64,000 nt of DNA from Enoplolaimus lenunculus (lineage: Eukaryota). Location: positions 310,001 to 374,000 of the forward strand of contig JASANG010001414.1 in the NCBI GenBank assembly GCA_030248215.1, given 5' to 3'. Below the pieces are notes generated by a model. It ran no database searches, was not told the origin of the DNA, and saw only the letters and a list, made by a program, of their open reading frames with translations. A program made the translations under genes and the position numbers. Shown here one piece after another: positions 24,881 through 37,866 of this stretch (the stretch's first letter is position 1; every line of letters begins with the position of its first letter).

Positions 24881-27436
24881 GGTATTTGGAAGGTGAAGAG
24901 ACCGCGTTTAACGATGATCTTTTTCAGGTTAAAACATTAATAGCGCCGTGCCATGTACACATCATTGATTTTTCTACAAACTCCTGTCGTCTGCCTCAAT
25001 TATATTTACACAAAGTGTTCATTTTGAAACTGCTTCATCGTCAAAACTGCACCTGTCTTCAGTGATGGCGGTGTCGTATCTGAACTTAAATTCTCGCCCC
25101 TGTAGCTCGAAAATATAGTTGCTAAATTCACCCCCACACCGTCACTCTAAAGGACGTACCTGTTTGTAGCGGAAACCTGATAGAAAGCAAAAGCTTTAGA
25201 CAATTTTTTTGCTTTGTCTTTTTAGTCTTAGGGCTAGAATTAGGTATTGGTTTATCATTACGCTTAGCCTTATGCTAAGGTTTAGGAATATGCATCAACT
25301 ACTGGTACGTCCCTCAAAGTAACATTGGCCGGATATATTTGTGCCCCCTTTATGAACTCTTGAGAGTCCGTAGTCCGAGGTTTTTCATGTTGATGGTTTG
25401 TTGCTTTTATCTTTATTTACCAATTGCCAATTAGTGCTGAACATAAATTTTCCAGTATAGATATTCAGCTATTTCAATTGGTTTGAATAAATTACGATCA
25501 TTTCTATGTGAATGGACCGCAAGCCGATGAGGGGGCTATACAGTGAGAGAGATACGGGATACGTCACCTCGTCCCGAAATTTTTGACGAAACAAATGTAA
25601 TTTCTGTTGACGGTTTAGAACAAACTCTTTCATCCTGAAGGCAAAAAAATATTTTTCTCGCTTCCTACGTTCGCTCGAAAAAATATTTTAACAAAAATTA
25701 GCCCCTTTGTTTCTGATAAAACAACCTTTTGCCGTTAAAGAATGGGGACCTAGAAATGGAAAAAACTGAATGTTTTAAAAATTCAAATTTGGGTCTGAAA
25801 TGATCGGCTGGGGTAAACCGAAAAGTTCAAATATGCAAAAAGTTTCAAAATTGGACCGTTTTTGAGCGAACGCCGGCAAAGGTGACTGCTGATGAAAGAC
25901 CTCAAAGATTTACAGTTTTATACTAAAAATGCGTTTGGCTTCCTACTCGTTCCGCTCGAAAGCGGTTTTCCCAATATACGTCGCGTAGCCTTTACTATAA
26001 AAAAATTTTGACAAATGCGGTTCCACGAGGGGATGGAGGGATGTATTACCACCACCCCACCGGCTGCCGAGTGTAAATTTTTCTGGGATAAAACCAACAC
26101 AAGCTATATATTGATAATCATGGTGATTTTTGAAAATACGGGAAAAACAACATAAAACCTCTTCGTCCTAGCAAAACAAGCGAGATATCGTAGCCTAGAA
26201 ATTTATGCAAACGCGTTGAAATTGACGTTCAGTTTTTATATTTAAGCTTATATATGTCTATATTGCATTTTTTATTATTTGTTGATCCAAAACTGAATGT
26301 ATGTCCATTGCCCATCTCAAATTGAACAAATCCCGGTTTACGCGAAGTTTGCCTCAAACACAAAAGACCCTATAAAACCCCGTGCGTTCGAGTGTTGATA
26401 AATTTTTTATATGTCATCCTTATGTAATAAATCTGTAGAACTCAAATCGCGATAATTCTAGCTGATACAAACACAACCAAAGCTTCATTTTGGACGTTGC
26501 TGGTTTGTTTTGTTGAGGTTTTGTGTTTGTGTCGTGACTCCGTTTCGATTGGTAATTAATTATGTTAATCTGTCATTTTGTATTCTGGTACGAAAGAGAC
26601 AACGACACAGAGTGACTGAACTCTTGTCGGCAGGCAATTATCCAATTTTAGCCTAACAAAAGTGAACTCAAACCTCTATTACTGGTACAAATGTGTTACC
26701 TATGAAATAGAATAAGTTGAAAGTCACATCTCTTAACCCTTTATCACATGAATATTTTTTTATTTCATATGAGATCTAAATTCAAGGTAGGATTCGGAAC
26801 GCACCAGTTTCGGGCAAAAAGCGTTCGTCGTCACATCTCAGCTATAGAAGTTAAACGTTCGAGTCCGAGAGGGGCTCTCATGTCTTGTGTAAGATTTGGT
26901 ACTACACATTTGTACACGTTGTAACTGTAACACATTGCGTATTATATGCTAATTTACCTATAACAATAGTGCTAAGTTGCTCGCAGTTTACTCCATTTAG
27001 AATGGCCTACTTATAAATGGACCGAAATTGAAAATGTCCTCGTTTACACGATCAATTATTAATTTTATTATTTTAAGAAAAATGAAAACCGGATTGGCTT
27101 TAAATAAATTGTGAATAATACCTAATGAATATAAGAAAATTCAAAATGTGACAACCTACCTATCTGTTGCAAATCCTTCGAGGAAGGGAAACATCAGGAT
27201 GCAACCGGAGGTGAAAGCTTCTGGAGACTGTGCCAGAACCGGAAGTCGATAAATATTGGCGAAGCCTGGTATCGGTACCGGAACTGAACCAAAATTATTC
27301 AGTAAAAATTTACGTTCAATTCGCTATTTTCGACATTTATCTGTCAAGTGTTCTATAAAATTTGTTTTTACAGTCATAGTATTACAAACTCAGCGAACAA
27401 TCTTAATTTTGATGGTATGGAAACAATCACTACCTA

Positions 27437-27849
27437 CTGTAGTGACCCAAATACAGGGGATGGGTAAGACGGGGTTCCCATCTTGAGTGCCAATCAATTG
27501 GAGTCTATATCCCTAATATAGAGTCCGTCGATGAATAGAGTCCATACGTTCTAATTAGAGACCATAAAACCAAAACAGAACAATGGCCAGGCTGCTGAAA
27601 TAGGCAACACTCAGATAACCCGCATAAGCCATTACTAAATCCGGAAGCTAAAGGACATGACAGTCAATAAAAACGCTTCGAACAATTCTGGTCAGTCCAA
27701 AGGAATTCATACAAAAACAAAGGTGTTAATTGAGTCCAACTAACATAAGTGAATAAAAAATAAATGACAGAGCGTTACCAGATAATCGTGGGCACCCTTT
27801 GGCGAGGCTAAATAAATATCAGTCCCCATTCTTTTCGCTGTAAGTACAG
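27437..27849. mobile_element. Diverged CTGTAGTGACCC family copy
   Basis: TA|CTGTAGTGACCCAAATA...TACAG|TA. Ends homologous, centre different. Confidence 0.68.
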
Positions 27850-28280
27850 TACTAAAATTGCTCGAATCTTCGACAAAAAGTCTACATGAGCCGGGCCAAA
27901 AGCGGAATTCGGTTTCAGCCGGAGACGGAATTTAGATTCAGCGAGGAGCCGATGACAAACATCCGGTTATACCTTGATATTTCTAATACACATCGTGTGT
28001 CTCCAAAAATCTACCATTCGTGAATACAGCTACAATATAGAGAACAAGTTTAAAGGGCGTAGCACTCGATAATTATCACGCATATGCGCATGAAAAAATA
28101 TATTCCTAAGCCTAATCCTAATCCTACGCCTAATGCAAAAAAATGTAGTCCAGAATGTAAGCCTACTCATTTACAGACCCACGAGTAGCTGAGACGGCTC
28201 TAAAACAAACAAGGTCCACTAGTTTATCGTCGCAGAAAAACTGACTGCGGTTTAAATGTTTAACTCTATATAAACGGTTT

Positions 28281-28486
28281 GGCCCATGTTACTTTTAGGG
28301 CCGTCCCGGTTTCTGGTTGCTCTGTAAAAGAGTAGGCTGTACATTCTAGACTACATTTTTTTGCTTAGGCTTAGGCTTTTAGGCTTAGGCTTAGGCTTAG
28401 GAAAATGCTTTTGCAACGCTTAGGCCAAGGCTTAGGCTTAGAAATACGGTTAATCTACTGTTACGACCTTAAAAGTAACATTTGCC
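28281..28486. mobile_element. Second Merlin-like MITE subfamily with TTAGGC array
   Basis: TIRs GGCCCATGTTACTTTTAGGGCCGT / ACGACCTTAAAAGTAACATTTGCC. Flanks AACGGTTT / AACGATTT. Confidence 0.8.
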
Positions 28487-28898
28487 AACGATTTTATGTT
28501 CAAAACAGCCACAAATTTACGTCTAAAACATAGGAAAGGTTAAAACTCTGCAACAGCACCCTGTGAGCGTATAAAAATACTTATCAATTAACTCAGAAAG
28601 CAATGTGTCATAAGTTTGTCTACGATAAGCCTTTTATTACCTAAGGCCATGTTATTAAAGCTTTTGTAGCGGCCAATCAATAGAATTGCTACTTTGTATA
28701 GGACGTAATAACTTTAATAACCCTCTTGCTTTGAATCGACGGATAATACTCGGCCTTTTGTTGAACTCCCATTTGTTGTCCAAAAAGTTTCTTTTTAATT
28801 TATATAAATTCTAAATCTGTTCGAAGTATTAAATATCCTGCCGTTTGAAATATATACGATGAATCCAGTCTTTTCACATTGGGTAGGACAAAAAAATT

Positions 28899-29131
28899 GG
28901 CCCATGTATAGAACCGGGCTTGAACAGTAGTATAAGCATATTCGTAAGCCTAAGCCTAAGCCTAAGCGTCAAGATGAGCCTAATGCTAAGCCTAAGCCTA
29001 AGCGTAAAGATGAGCCTAATGCTAAGCCTAAGCCCAACCCGAAGCCTAACCAAAAAACTAAGTCTAAAGCTTAAACTGACTCTATTACAGCCCCGCAGGA
29101 AAACGATCCGGCCCTGTTCTATACATGGGCC
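28899..29131. mobile_element. Merlin-like MITE with internal GCCTAA array
   Basis: GGCCCATGTATAGAAC...GTTCTATACATGGGCC with a perfect 8-bp TSD AAAAAATT. Confidence 0.88.
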
Positions 29132-30263
29132 AAAAAATTCATTTTCAATATTTCGAAACTTTATTCCAATATCGAAATTCATGAAAATTTAATAGAATCA
29201 TAGACGGAGATTGTCGAGAACAAAATGTACTGAAAAAGAGACAGCAATAATCAAGCACGCATACAAACAATTTTAAAACATAACCACAGAGTTCAATTTT
29301 ATTTCAGCGCACTCTTAATTGTGGCTTGAAATCGACTTTATTTCTTTGTTCCGTACAGTTCTGTTTTGTTCGATGTTGAATAGGCCAGAAACCAAGGGTT
29401 GTAACTCGGATTTCATGTCGAAAACGCGTAACCTGATTTCAATATTAAAATTGCACAATAAATCGTTTTTATTCTAACGGCTGTATCAAAGTGTATCTTT
29501 CGTGACGTCGACAGATTTCGGGAGGTGATATATCCCCCCTATTCCTTCCCTTGTATACGCCCTTGCCAGAATGCTAGTTTCTCATATGGTCATCATTAAC
29601 GGAAGCCTTGTCCCGTTTTGTCTTACAGGCCGCAACTGTGTAGTGGTGCTTTCGTCTCAGCCGGTAATATGGGCCATTGTGTGTCTCCAGAGCAAAGCTA
29701 ATGTTTGATTAACTGTGTTTTATACATAATCGCGACTTGTTGACACAATAATTTAGGCACTCAAATATAAGGGTGCCTGGGGTGGCAGTCGACACCGGTA
29801 ATAATTTGAACAAGTGTCACTGACATCCCTAAAAACCAGTCAAAAACTAAATGTTTCATGTTGGAATTTAAAACATTTAATGCAGAAAATGGTCTGCCCT
29901 TTCTGACTCGTTTCGCTCACAAGGTGGTTATATCTGCTCAGTCTTCGGGCCTGTAGCTAGAGGACGGACAGGGGTGCTCACACCCCTGGAATAATATTGG
30001 CTACCCATGGACAACTTTCAACCTTGCTTGTAAGTCATCGAAAACCCTTGCATGCCCCTCCTGAATATTTTTAGCTTTATAGCAAGGTGAGCTAGCCACC
30101 TTTGGCTCTCGGTTGCTACAAAATATGATCGGAATTTTCAACGGATCGACTCCAGGAGTAAACTAATGCGACTGTTTGACACCTATTGATAAAAATCGTT
30201 CCAGCGTCCATACAATAATTTCAATTTTTGTTCCAATTTATTGTTTCTGATGACATGTAATCC

Positions 30264-30432
30264 AGGCCCGTAGCCAGCTCATCTTGCTAAGGGGGCTAAA
30301 AAAATTTTCAGGAGGGGCATTTAACGGTTGTCATTGACTTACAAGCAAGGTGGAAAATCTTCCAGGGGTGCCAAAACTATTCCGGGGGGGGGGGCTGAGC
30401 CCGCCCCTCTGGCCTTTCTTCGGCTACGGACC
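30264..30432. mobile_element. GGCCCGTAGCC family MITE
   Basis: CAGGCCCGTAGCC / GGCTACGGACCGG TIRs. Relatives at ~16922, ~29947, ~31058-31390 (tandem duplicated) and ~38240. Confidence 0.7.
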
Positions 30433-31665
30433 GGTTGCGATCGTGGTTCAGTTTTATTCCACAGGGCTTCAGCTTTTCTATGGGCGAAGTTGTAAGAAAC
30501 ATACGTACATAATGTGCCAACGTTTTTTCAAAAGGGACTGAAACTAATTTGTTTAAAAATAACCGTTTCATTCAAAAATGTCCCCAATATTGTTTTCTAA
30601 GAACCCTTGCGGCAAAATTCTAACCAATCTTCTAAAACGGAACTAAAAGGCTTTCGAAGGGGTCTTCTGCCACTCCTCCGTCTATCATTTATACGCTAGT
30701 TATCGAATGCTTTTTTTCTAATGTTAGAGAAGTAAAGTTCATGTATCTAAAAGGAAATGTAGCGTGGCTGCTATTGTTTGTTTTACACAGCCGCCAACTC
30801 TATTATTGTTGACGGTGTGTTCTAGAATGGTTTTCATCCAACTAAACTTTGTTCCTTTATGTTTAAGTGTAAACATTGGCTTTATGCTTTTATTTCACAG
30901 GAACCAGCAGCGTCAAACATAGTGATAGGGGCCCACAACCCGTATGAACAGCTACGTGTTGCCAGGCCGTAATCAATTAGTCAACAGCAGTCACGAAAGA
31001 ATGATATTTCAGCAAAATTTTTCATGCCACATGCGTTAATGTAGCTGCCCTTCTATTAGGACCGTAGCCAGCTCATTTTGGCTAGGCGGATAAATATATT
31101 TCAGGAGGAGCATACAAGGACTTTTGATGAAGACTTACAAGCAAGGCTGAAAATTTTTGAATTGGGCAAAAAATTTTCAGATGGGCTGAGCACTCACTGG
31201 ATGAGCCCGCATTCTTTGTGACACAGGCCAGTAACCAGCTCACCTCGGCAGGCGGATAAACATATTTCAGGAGGGGCATGCAAGGGTTTTCGATGACTTC
31301 ATAAAGCACGGTTGAAAATTTTTTTAATTGGGCAAAATTTTTTCAGAGGGGGGCTGAGCGCCCTCCCTCGATGAGCCCGCCTTCCCTCTGACAGTTGTTC
31401 TTAGTTGTGGGTTTGTTTATTTATAACTCAGAGTTTCGGTATAAGACTTTATTCTGTAAACAAGTTGAATGCTGCCTAGAAAGCACAAGGTACTAAGGTT
31501 ACACTGATATTTTAAAATGGATAAATTGTTTGAAAACATTTAATTTTGTGAATAATTGTTTTTGTCTTAGTTTCAGTTTTTACCGTTGCTTTTAAATTTT
31601 CCCGATCTTTAAAATTGTCACAGGCTAAAGATATAGCTGCATTCAGGTACTGTAGGTTCCCGAAT

Positions 31666-31780
31666 AGGGTTTGTGCTATACTTGTCGTACGGCGCCGTCC
31701 GTTTGTGATGGACGGTGACCGACGGCACCGTAAGGGTTATGGACGGTGTCAGACGTCATCAAAAGCATAGCGCTACTTTA
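31666..31780. mobile_element. Short GC-rich MITE (TAGGGT..GCGCTATAC termini)
   Basis: TAGGGTTTGTGCTATAC / GCATAGCGCTACTTTA. Relatives at ~2220-2358, ~6040-6192 and ~34612-34719. Confidence 0.6.
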
Positions 31781-32022
31781 ACAACAGTGTCGAGGGACCC
31801 TATTTTTAGTCTGTATCAATAGAAATCTATATCTCTTACTAGAGTCTGTACTTGGACAGAGTAAAAAAATTTTGAAATAAGGTTCAGCACAAATTTGTTA
31901 CTCAAAGTATATATGTTACGTGTTCATTGCAGTAGGTATACCCAAGTTTGAATGCATAGTAGCCATATATATTGTTAAATCATATAGACAATGACATAAA
32001 TGAAAGATATCGAATCCAAGTA

Positions 32023-32460
32023 CTGTAGTGACCCGAATAAGAGGGGGGCTGACATGTATTTGGCCTCTCCAGAGGGTACCCCCTTGTTATTCGGTTACGG
32101 ACTGTTATTTATTTTTAACCCACGCTCCGCCATCTTCGTTATTGATATATATCCGGTACTGCGACTATCCGTTGAATTAAACGTTTATTTGTCTTGTATC
32201 AATAGCTTCAGCGATCATGCAAGGTTAGACTACGGAATGTACTTTAAAATTTAAGTACGCTTAAAGATTCCAGCTCAATTTTATTTGGTCCTGGAGTCAT
32301 TTATGCACTACAGTTAGAAATAACTCACCTTCATGGACTCTAATTAGGAGTTAGGGACTCTATCCGCTTACGAACTCTTGTTAGGGATACGGAATCTTAT
32401 TGATTTAGACTCGAAATGGGGACCCCCTCTTATATTATCCCACACCATCTTATTCGGGCA
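32023..32460. mobile_element. CTGTAGTGACCCGAATAAG family copy
   Basis: TA|CTGTAGTGACCCGAATAAGAGGGGGG...CTTATTCGGG. Explains spurious ORF 32000-32254. Confidence 0.8.
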
Positions 32461-33401
32461 ACTCATTTCAATTCAGTCGAATTGGTGTTAAATTTTCCGC
32501 AATTAGACGACTGGTTGACGAATTATGGTCAAATAATTGATTTGGCGCCATCCCAAATCATTGGCAGCGGCGCGCCAAATCAGTAATTGGTCACTCCGCA
32601 AACTGCATCGAATGATATATAATTATTAATTTGTCAAATTTTTGATAAAAAAACTTTTGAGTCCCAAAGGGGGAAATTTAGGCGCAAAAATAATCACAAA
32701 ACGTTATGAGAAGCTCAAACATGCAAAAATTTGCATAATCGAACCATTTTTGGGCTACGCGAACTGGATGAATAACCAAAAAAACCGAAAATTTGTACAA
32801 AGCTTCATAGTTACACAATTGCTTTACCGCGGGGTTTCAGGTTTGGTGATTTATACTAAGCAGTTCATTAATAAATAAACATTTTCAGACTGTTACAGAG
32901 GTGTTTAATGAAACAATGTATAGTTTCTCTTTCGCTTCGCTCGCCAATTCTTCAAAGCTGAAGTTCTGTACTTAGAGTTAGAGGTAGTAGTGTGTAGGCT
33001 TTCACTCGCTTCACTCTTATTATTTTCTTCAAATCGTGGTCATTATTCATGTAACGAATAATTCGGTATGATCAGGTGCACAACCAGCTCTATTGTTTTC
33101 GGGGACCTAAAAAGAACTTTGAAATTGGCCTCTGAGGCGGCTCGGAAAGCGTGACCAATCTCATATATCGAGCCAAAAAATTTATATGGGTCACTAGTTC
33201 ACTTTTAGGTCGAAACCCAAGGCACGAATCTTCAACAATGGGGGCCCCCAATCCAACTTTCACCACTCTGCGGTGCATATCTGCAGGTGCTTATTTCAGA
33301 ACAATATTCATATTCTAGCTATGTGATTGACAGTTAAGTAATATAATCAACCATGGTATAGCGAATGTTACTTAAATAGTCAGTGTGTTAACTGTGTCAA
33401 T

Positions 33402-33447
33402 ATGTCATCTGCGGAACGTGCTCTTGATTTGGACGATGATCTCGATA
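33402..33447 (+). CDS. Putative first coding exon of stomatin-like gene (MSSAERALDLDDDLD)
   Basis: ATG at 33402, 46 nt open, followed by a GTATGT donor. The phase-1 end matches the phase of the next exon at 35488. Predicted from splice phase only. Confidence 0.5.
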
Positions 33448-33605
33448 GTATGTGCAATAGGTTAATCACTTAAAACACCATCAAGAGGCATAAGCCAAAT
33501 GCCACTAAGATCGGTAAAAAATGACCCGGACTAGTATATTAAACACACATTCGATTGGGTTTTCACCAACGTTTTAAAATAATTTTAAATTAAAGCTATA
33601 GAAAT

Positions 33606-34339
33606 TAGGGGCGTACCGCGAGAGGGGGGGCGGGGGGCCGCCGCGCCCCTCCTTTAATCGGAATCAGTATTTGCGTCATATTTTATATTAGACACAAAAA
33701 TTGCGTATGGTTTCGCGATCGCTTCGCTCGCGATGTTTTTCACCGATCAAGTTTCGAAAAATTTTGCCTGCGGCGGTTTTCAACAATAGACATCAAAGTT
33801 AAATACTCCAATCTAATACCAGCTCAAAACTAAAGATAGTAATAAAAATTGTGCAAATCTTCATAACTGCATAACCACTTGACCAGGGGTGGTTCGGTCT
33901 TTCGGTTTAGACGCCGCGCTACATGAATATAGAAGTGTTTCGACTGTTACAGAAGGATTAACAATGTATAGCTTCTCTTTCGCTTCTCGACCCGCGAATT
34001 CTTTCAAGTTCTGTATAAGTTCTAGTTTTGAACCTTCGGTCACTCTGTTTCAACTCCTACTGCCTAGAAATATTTCATATTATACAAAAATTTCCCCACA
34101 AACTTCAAACTGAAGCTCTGTACTAGAGTAAAAGACAATAGTGTCTAGCTTTTTGCTCGCTTCGCTTACGGTTTTTTCAAAATGTGTTCACGTAGCAAAC
34201 AATTCGGCCTTTCCAGATTCTCAATCTGTCAAATTATAAGGACCTTAAACAGAGTTTCGAAGTTTGGTTTTTGGCAAATAAAAGGCACAAACATGAGGAT
34301 TCAGCCTCCCCCCAATCAAAATTTCTCGGTACGCCACTG
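33606..34339. mobile_element. hAT-like non-autonomous element in presumed stomatin intron 1
   Basis: TAGGGGCGTACCG / CGGTACGCCACTG TIRs with a perfect 8-bp TSD ATAGAAAT. Internal (C)TCGCTTCGCTCGC motifs. A related copy lies at ~32880-33280. Confidence 0.82.
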
Positions 34340-34879
34340 ATAGAAATTAGATAATTCAAAATGTTACTCGCAAAAACATAAGCGTTTTACTGTATTGAGC
34401 CGAATAAGAGGTGGTAATAAGAAGGGGATCCCCCATTTTTTTAAGTTCCGATCACGAGTCCATAAATGTCAATTATTCCTAATTGTAGTGCATAATTGAC
34501 TCCAGGTCCAAATAAAGTTGAGTTCAAATCTTGAAAGCGTACTTAAGTTTTGAAAGTACATTAATTAGTTTAACCTTGCATTATCGCTCAAGCTTTTGAC
34601 ACAAGACAAACAATAGTTTATGCGCTGTCCTTTTCATGACATCCGGCGCCGTCCATCATGGACCGGTGCCGTCTGGTGCCGTCGGACGGCGCAGCACGAT
34701 AAGTATAGCGCCATCTTTAGTCATCATAGTTATAACCAGACAGGCGAGCTGCGGAGGCTGAGATAGCAAAATTTGCCAAGCAAAGAGTCAAAAACTAAAC
34801 GAATGGTTTAATTAAAATATTTGGTTCACGTGGTTTGTATTTTATACAAGATCTGTGAGTGATCAACTGGTAATAGGTG

Positions 34880-35016
34880 AACAGCAAAAAATGGTGAGTC
34901 AAATTGACTCTCTCCGAAATAGGCTTTTCCTGACTACTCAAACTCAATCAGAATTCGACTCCTCCTGAGTTAAACCTATTTCGGAGAGAGTCAATTTGAC
35001 TCACATTTTTTGCGCG
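34880..35016. mobile_element. Internally deleted CACTGCAAAAAA MITE copy
   Basis: Both TIR ends present, centre shortened. Confidence 0.75.
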
Positions 35017-35269
35017 TGCTTTTATTGAACAATTCTGAATGTATAGAACAGTTCTCGAACAACGCCATAAATTTTAGACGTTCATATAGGTGTAGAATTA
35101 GACTCATGGTCAGATTCCAGGGTCAGCATAAGACCTAGGGTTAGATTCACTCCTAGACAGTCAAACCTTCGAATTTTGGTCGGAGCCTGTTCTACGAGAC
35201 CGTAACGATTTAAGAATACGGATGTCTAGATTTTTCACAATTGTAATCATTTAATATATACTTCCCCAA

Positions 35270-35467
35270 CAGGGCTGGAGCAGTCATCCCCATACCCCCT
35301 GTTTTTGGAGGGCCGCACCTCTATAGCGGTCCCCACCCCAACCGGTTAAAACAAAAACCGCCGAAGTTTTAAAATTCGTCTGGCTTCAGGCTCGCTTCGA
35401 TCGCGAGTTTCGCGGTCCTCACCCTGGAGTTTGCACGGAGCCCCCATCCCTGTCTGCTTCGGCACTA
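35270..35467. mobile_element. hAT-like MITE (CAGGGCTGGAGCAG family)
   Basis: TIR CAGGGCTGGAGCAG / CTGCTTCGGCACTA. Flanks TTCCCCAA / TTCCCGAA. Homologous to 6257-6448 and partly to ~41825-41950. Confidence 0.75.
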
Positions 35468-35487
35468 TTCCCGAAACATTGTTTCAG

Positions 35488-35774
35488 ATCCACCCGTCGA
35501 GAAAAAACACGAATTGTGGGCAAGCGGTTGTGCCCTGATTTTGACCGCGTTTTCGTTCTTTCTCATACTGATATTTTTGCCGTTTTCGTTGTTTTTTGCG
35601 ACAAAAGTTTGCCAAGAATACGAACGAGCAGTTGTGTTCCGCCTGGGATGCCTGCTCACCGGATCCGAAGTTGGCCCTGGCCTGTTTTGGGTGATACCGT
35701 GTATTGACTCGTACACAAAACTCGATCTACGCGTAGTGTCGTTTAGTGTACCGCCACAAGAAATTTTGTCAAAG
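35488..35774 (+). CDS. Stomatin/band-7 (SPFH) protein, exon with hydrophobic hairpin and start of SPFH domain
   Basis: TTTCAG acceptor and GTTAGC donor. Translation has a hydrophobic stretch followed by KVCQEYERAVVFRLG...GPGLFWVIPCIDSYTKLDLRVVSFSVPPQEILSK, the stomatin signature. Confidence 0.93.
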
Positions 35775-35786
35775 GTTAGCTGTTTC

Positions 35787-35980
35787 GGTCAATGTGAACA
35801 ACACAGGCGTAACAGTATTATAAGTATATTCCTAAGCCTAAGCCTAAGCGTAAGTATGAGCATATACCTAAGCTTAAGCATAAGCGTTAACCTTAGCTAA
35901 GCAAAAAATATTCTAAAGCTTAAGCTTACTCTTTTCTAGTCCCACAGAAAAACATTCCGCCCCTGATCTTTAAACAGGCC
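35787..35980. mobile_element. Merlin-like GCCTAA MITE in stomatin intron
   Basis: Same internal consensus. Flanks GCTGTTTC / ACTGTTTC (7/8). Starts 12 nt after the splice donor. Confidence 0.82.
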
Positions 35981-36253
35981 ACTGTTTCTAACCGAACACA
36001 GCCTTCGTGGAATTTTCACGTTCATTGTCGTTCGAATACTTACTTTAACAAAACACTTTGATTATTTCGACAGTGTCATGTTGCCTAATAAGCAAAAATT
36101 AACCAAGTTAAAACTAAACAAACTAGCCAGTTGGTTTTGCGCAATGCGCATAAGTTAGCGAATGTACAACAATCTGCGTGCAAATTTTCTTTTCGCCGAT
36201 ATAAACCTTAGCAACAGGTTGTAACGATAACTAAATGAGATTGCCAATTCTAG

Positions 36254-36484
36254 GACTCCGTGACAGTTTCAGTCGATGCAGTGGTGTATTTTCGTATTTC
36301 GGATCCTGTTGTATCGATCACAAACGTTAATGATGCGTCGTATAGTACTAAATTACTCGCACAAACAACCTTACGGAACACACTCGGCACAATGGATCTC
36401 GGTGAAATGTTATCGAAACGCGACGAAATATCAGGAAATATTCAGTCGGTTCTTGATGAAGCAACGAAAGCATGGGGAGTGCAG
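36254..36484 (+). CDS. Stomatin-like protein, internal exon
   Basis: TTCTAG acceptor, GTAAAC donor, 231 nt, phase 0/0. DSVTVSVDAVVYFRI...LLAQTTLRNTLG...LDEATKAWGVQ. Confidence 0.93.
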
Positions 36485-37449
36485 GTAAACATCAAATCGA
36501 CTCTTGTATACTTTTCCGGATATATTTAAGATTATTAAGGCTAATATCAAAGCATAGGCTCATGCTTAGGCTTACCTAAAAGTTTACTTAAATGTTTAGG
36601 TTTAGGTAAGTCTTTTCCTTAACCTAGGCCAGAGCCTAAATTTGAACATGTGGCGGGAAGTGTTGAAAATACACATGAAACCAATCAATATACTCCACAG
36701 ATGTAGGTAGGATTTCGTATAAAGGGGTTACGTTCTGTAATAAATTTCAAAGGCAATGTTTCTCGTGTTGCAAATTAAAAAGTTTGGAGAAGCCGCTGGA
36801 CTAAAGACAAGTTTGACACTAATGACACCCCCCTTGCTGTACAATTTATATACGTCCTGTCATGTAAGACTTTTGTCGATATTGCCGAATTTCGACAAAG
36901 AATTGTTTCTGTACTTATCAAATGTATTAGCTCATAGGAAAAGTTTGCGAACGATGTGTTGTCAAACAACCAAAATGCGAACGCCTCATATATATTTTAA
37001 ATATTTTATAAAGTTGCGTAGAATAGAATAAATGCTAAGCTTACTTAAATTGAACAATTAAATCAAATAGCTTAGGATCCTTCAGTAAACACTGATTGGG
37101 TATGGTCCGTAGCGTTAAGCATCCTGAATTGAGGATTAGCGCGGTTGTTCCAGCTCTGCCATCTTCTGGGTCGCCTTTTGATGTTTCGGATAATCTTAAT
37201 ATAAGTAAAACGATTGCAATATTTAAATAATTAAATATTTTTTGAACTTTCATTTTGTGGAATATCAAAATCTTAAAAAATTTCGGTTTTTCAGTGTTTG
37301 TTTTTTAAACTTTCACCATTCTTTTGAAAAAAGATGTATTATATTCTACACTATTTCCATCGTTTTTATTCTTTCAGCAGGCCGCTTTATAGAAACACGA
37401 TAGTTAACTATGAAAGACGCCTATTTCAATACGATTGATCGATTTTTAG

Positions 37450-37602
37450 GTAGAACGAGTCGAAGTTAAAGATATCCGTCTACCGCAACAACTGATGCGA
37501 GCAATGGCAACCGAAGCAGAAGCGTCACGTGCGGCGCGAGCAAAAGTGACAATCGCAGAAGGTGAACTGAAAGCATCTCGGTCGTTGCGAGAAGCAGCAC
37601 AA
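37450..37602 (+). CDS. Stomatin-like protein, internal exon
   Basis: TTTTAG acceptor, GTAAGT donor, 153 nt. VERVEVKDIRLPQQLMRAMATEAEASRAARAKVTIAEGE. Confidence 0.93.
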
Positions 37603-37667
37603 GTAAGTTTTTTTCTATCTTCTGATATTTTTGTTATCAAAACGCTAGCGGTGCGGACAGACACATA

Positions 37668-37866
37668 CACTGCAAAAAATGGTGAGTCAAATTGACTCTC
37701 TCCGAAATAGGCTTTTCCGGACTACACAAACTGAGTCAAATTTGACTAGTTGAGTCGCTCGGTGAGTCGAATTTGACTCTGGCGGAGTCGAATTTTGACT
37801 CAGTTTGTGTAGTCCGGAAAAGCCTATTTCGGAGAGAGTCAATTTGACTCACCATTTTTTGCAGTG
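37668..37866. mobile_element. Palindromic CACTGCAAAAAA MITE (CACTA/EnSpm-like), best-preserved copy
   Basis: ~75-bp near-perfect TIRs CACTGCAAAAAATGGTGAGTCAAATTGACTCTCTCCGAAATAGGCTTTTCCGGACTACACAAACTGAGTCAAA, 2-bp TSD TA. Confidence 0.9.

Noticed and set aside
28874..29192. ORFs with LRLRL / SLSLS repeats (also 54032-54448 and the tail of 35514-35900)
   Set aside because: These are translations of TTAGGC/GCCTAA arrays inside MITEs, not proteins.
31939..31951. TACCCAAGTTTGA, matching the 3' part of nematode spliced leader SL1
   Set aside because: Lacks the 5' GGTTTAAT and the following G|GT donor. A 13-nt match alone does not support an SL RNA gene.
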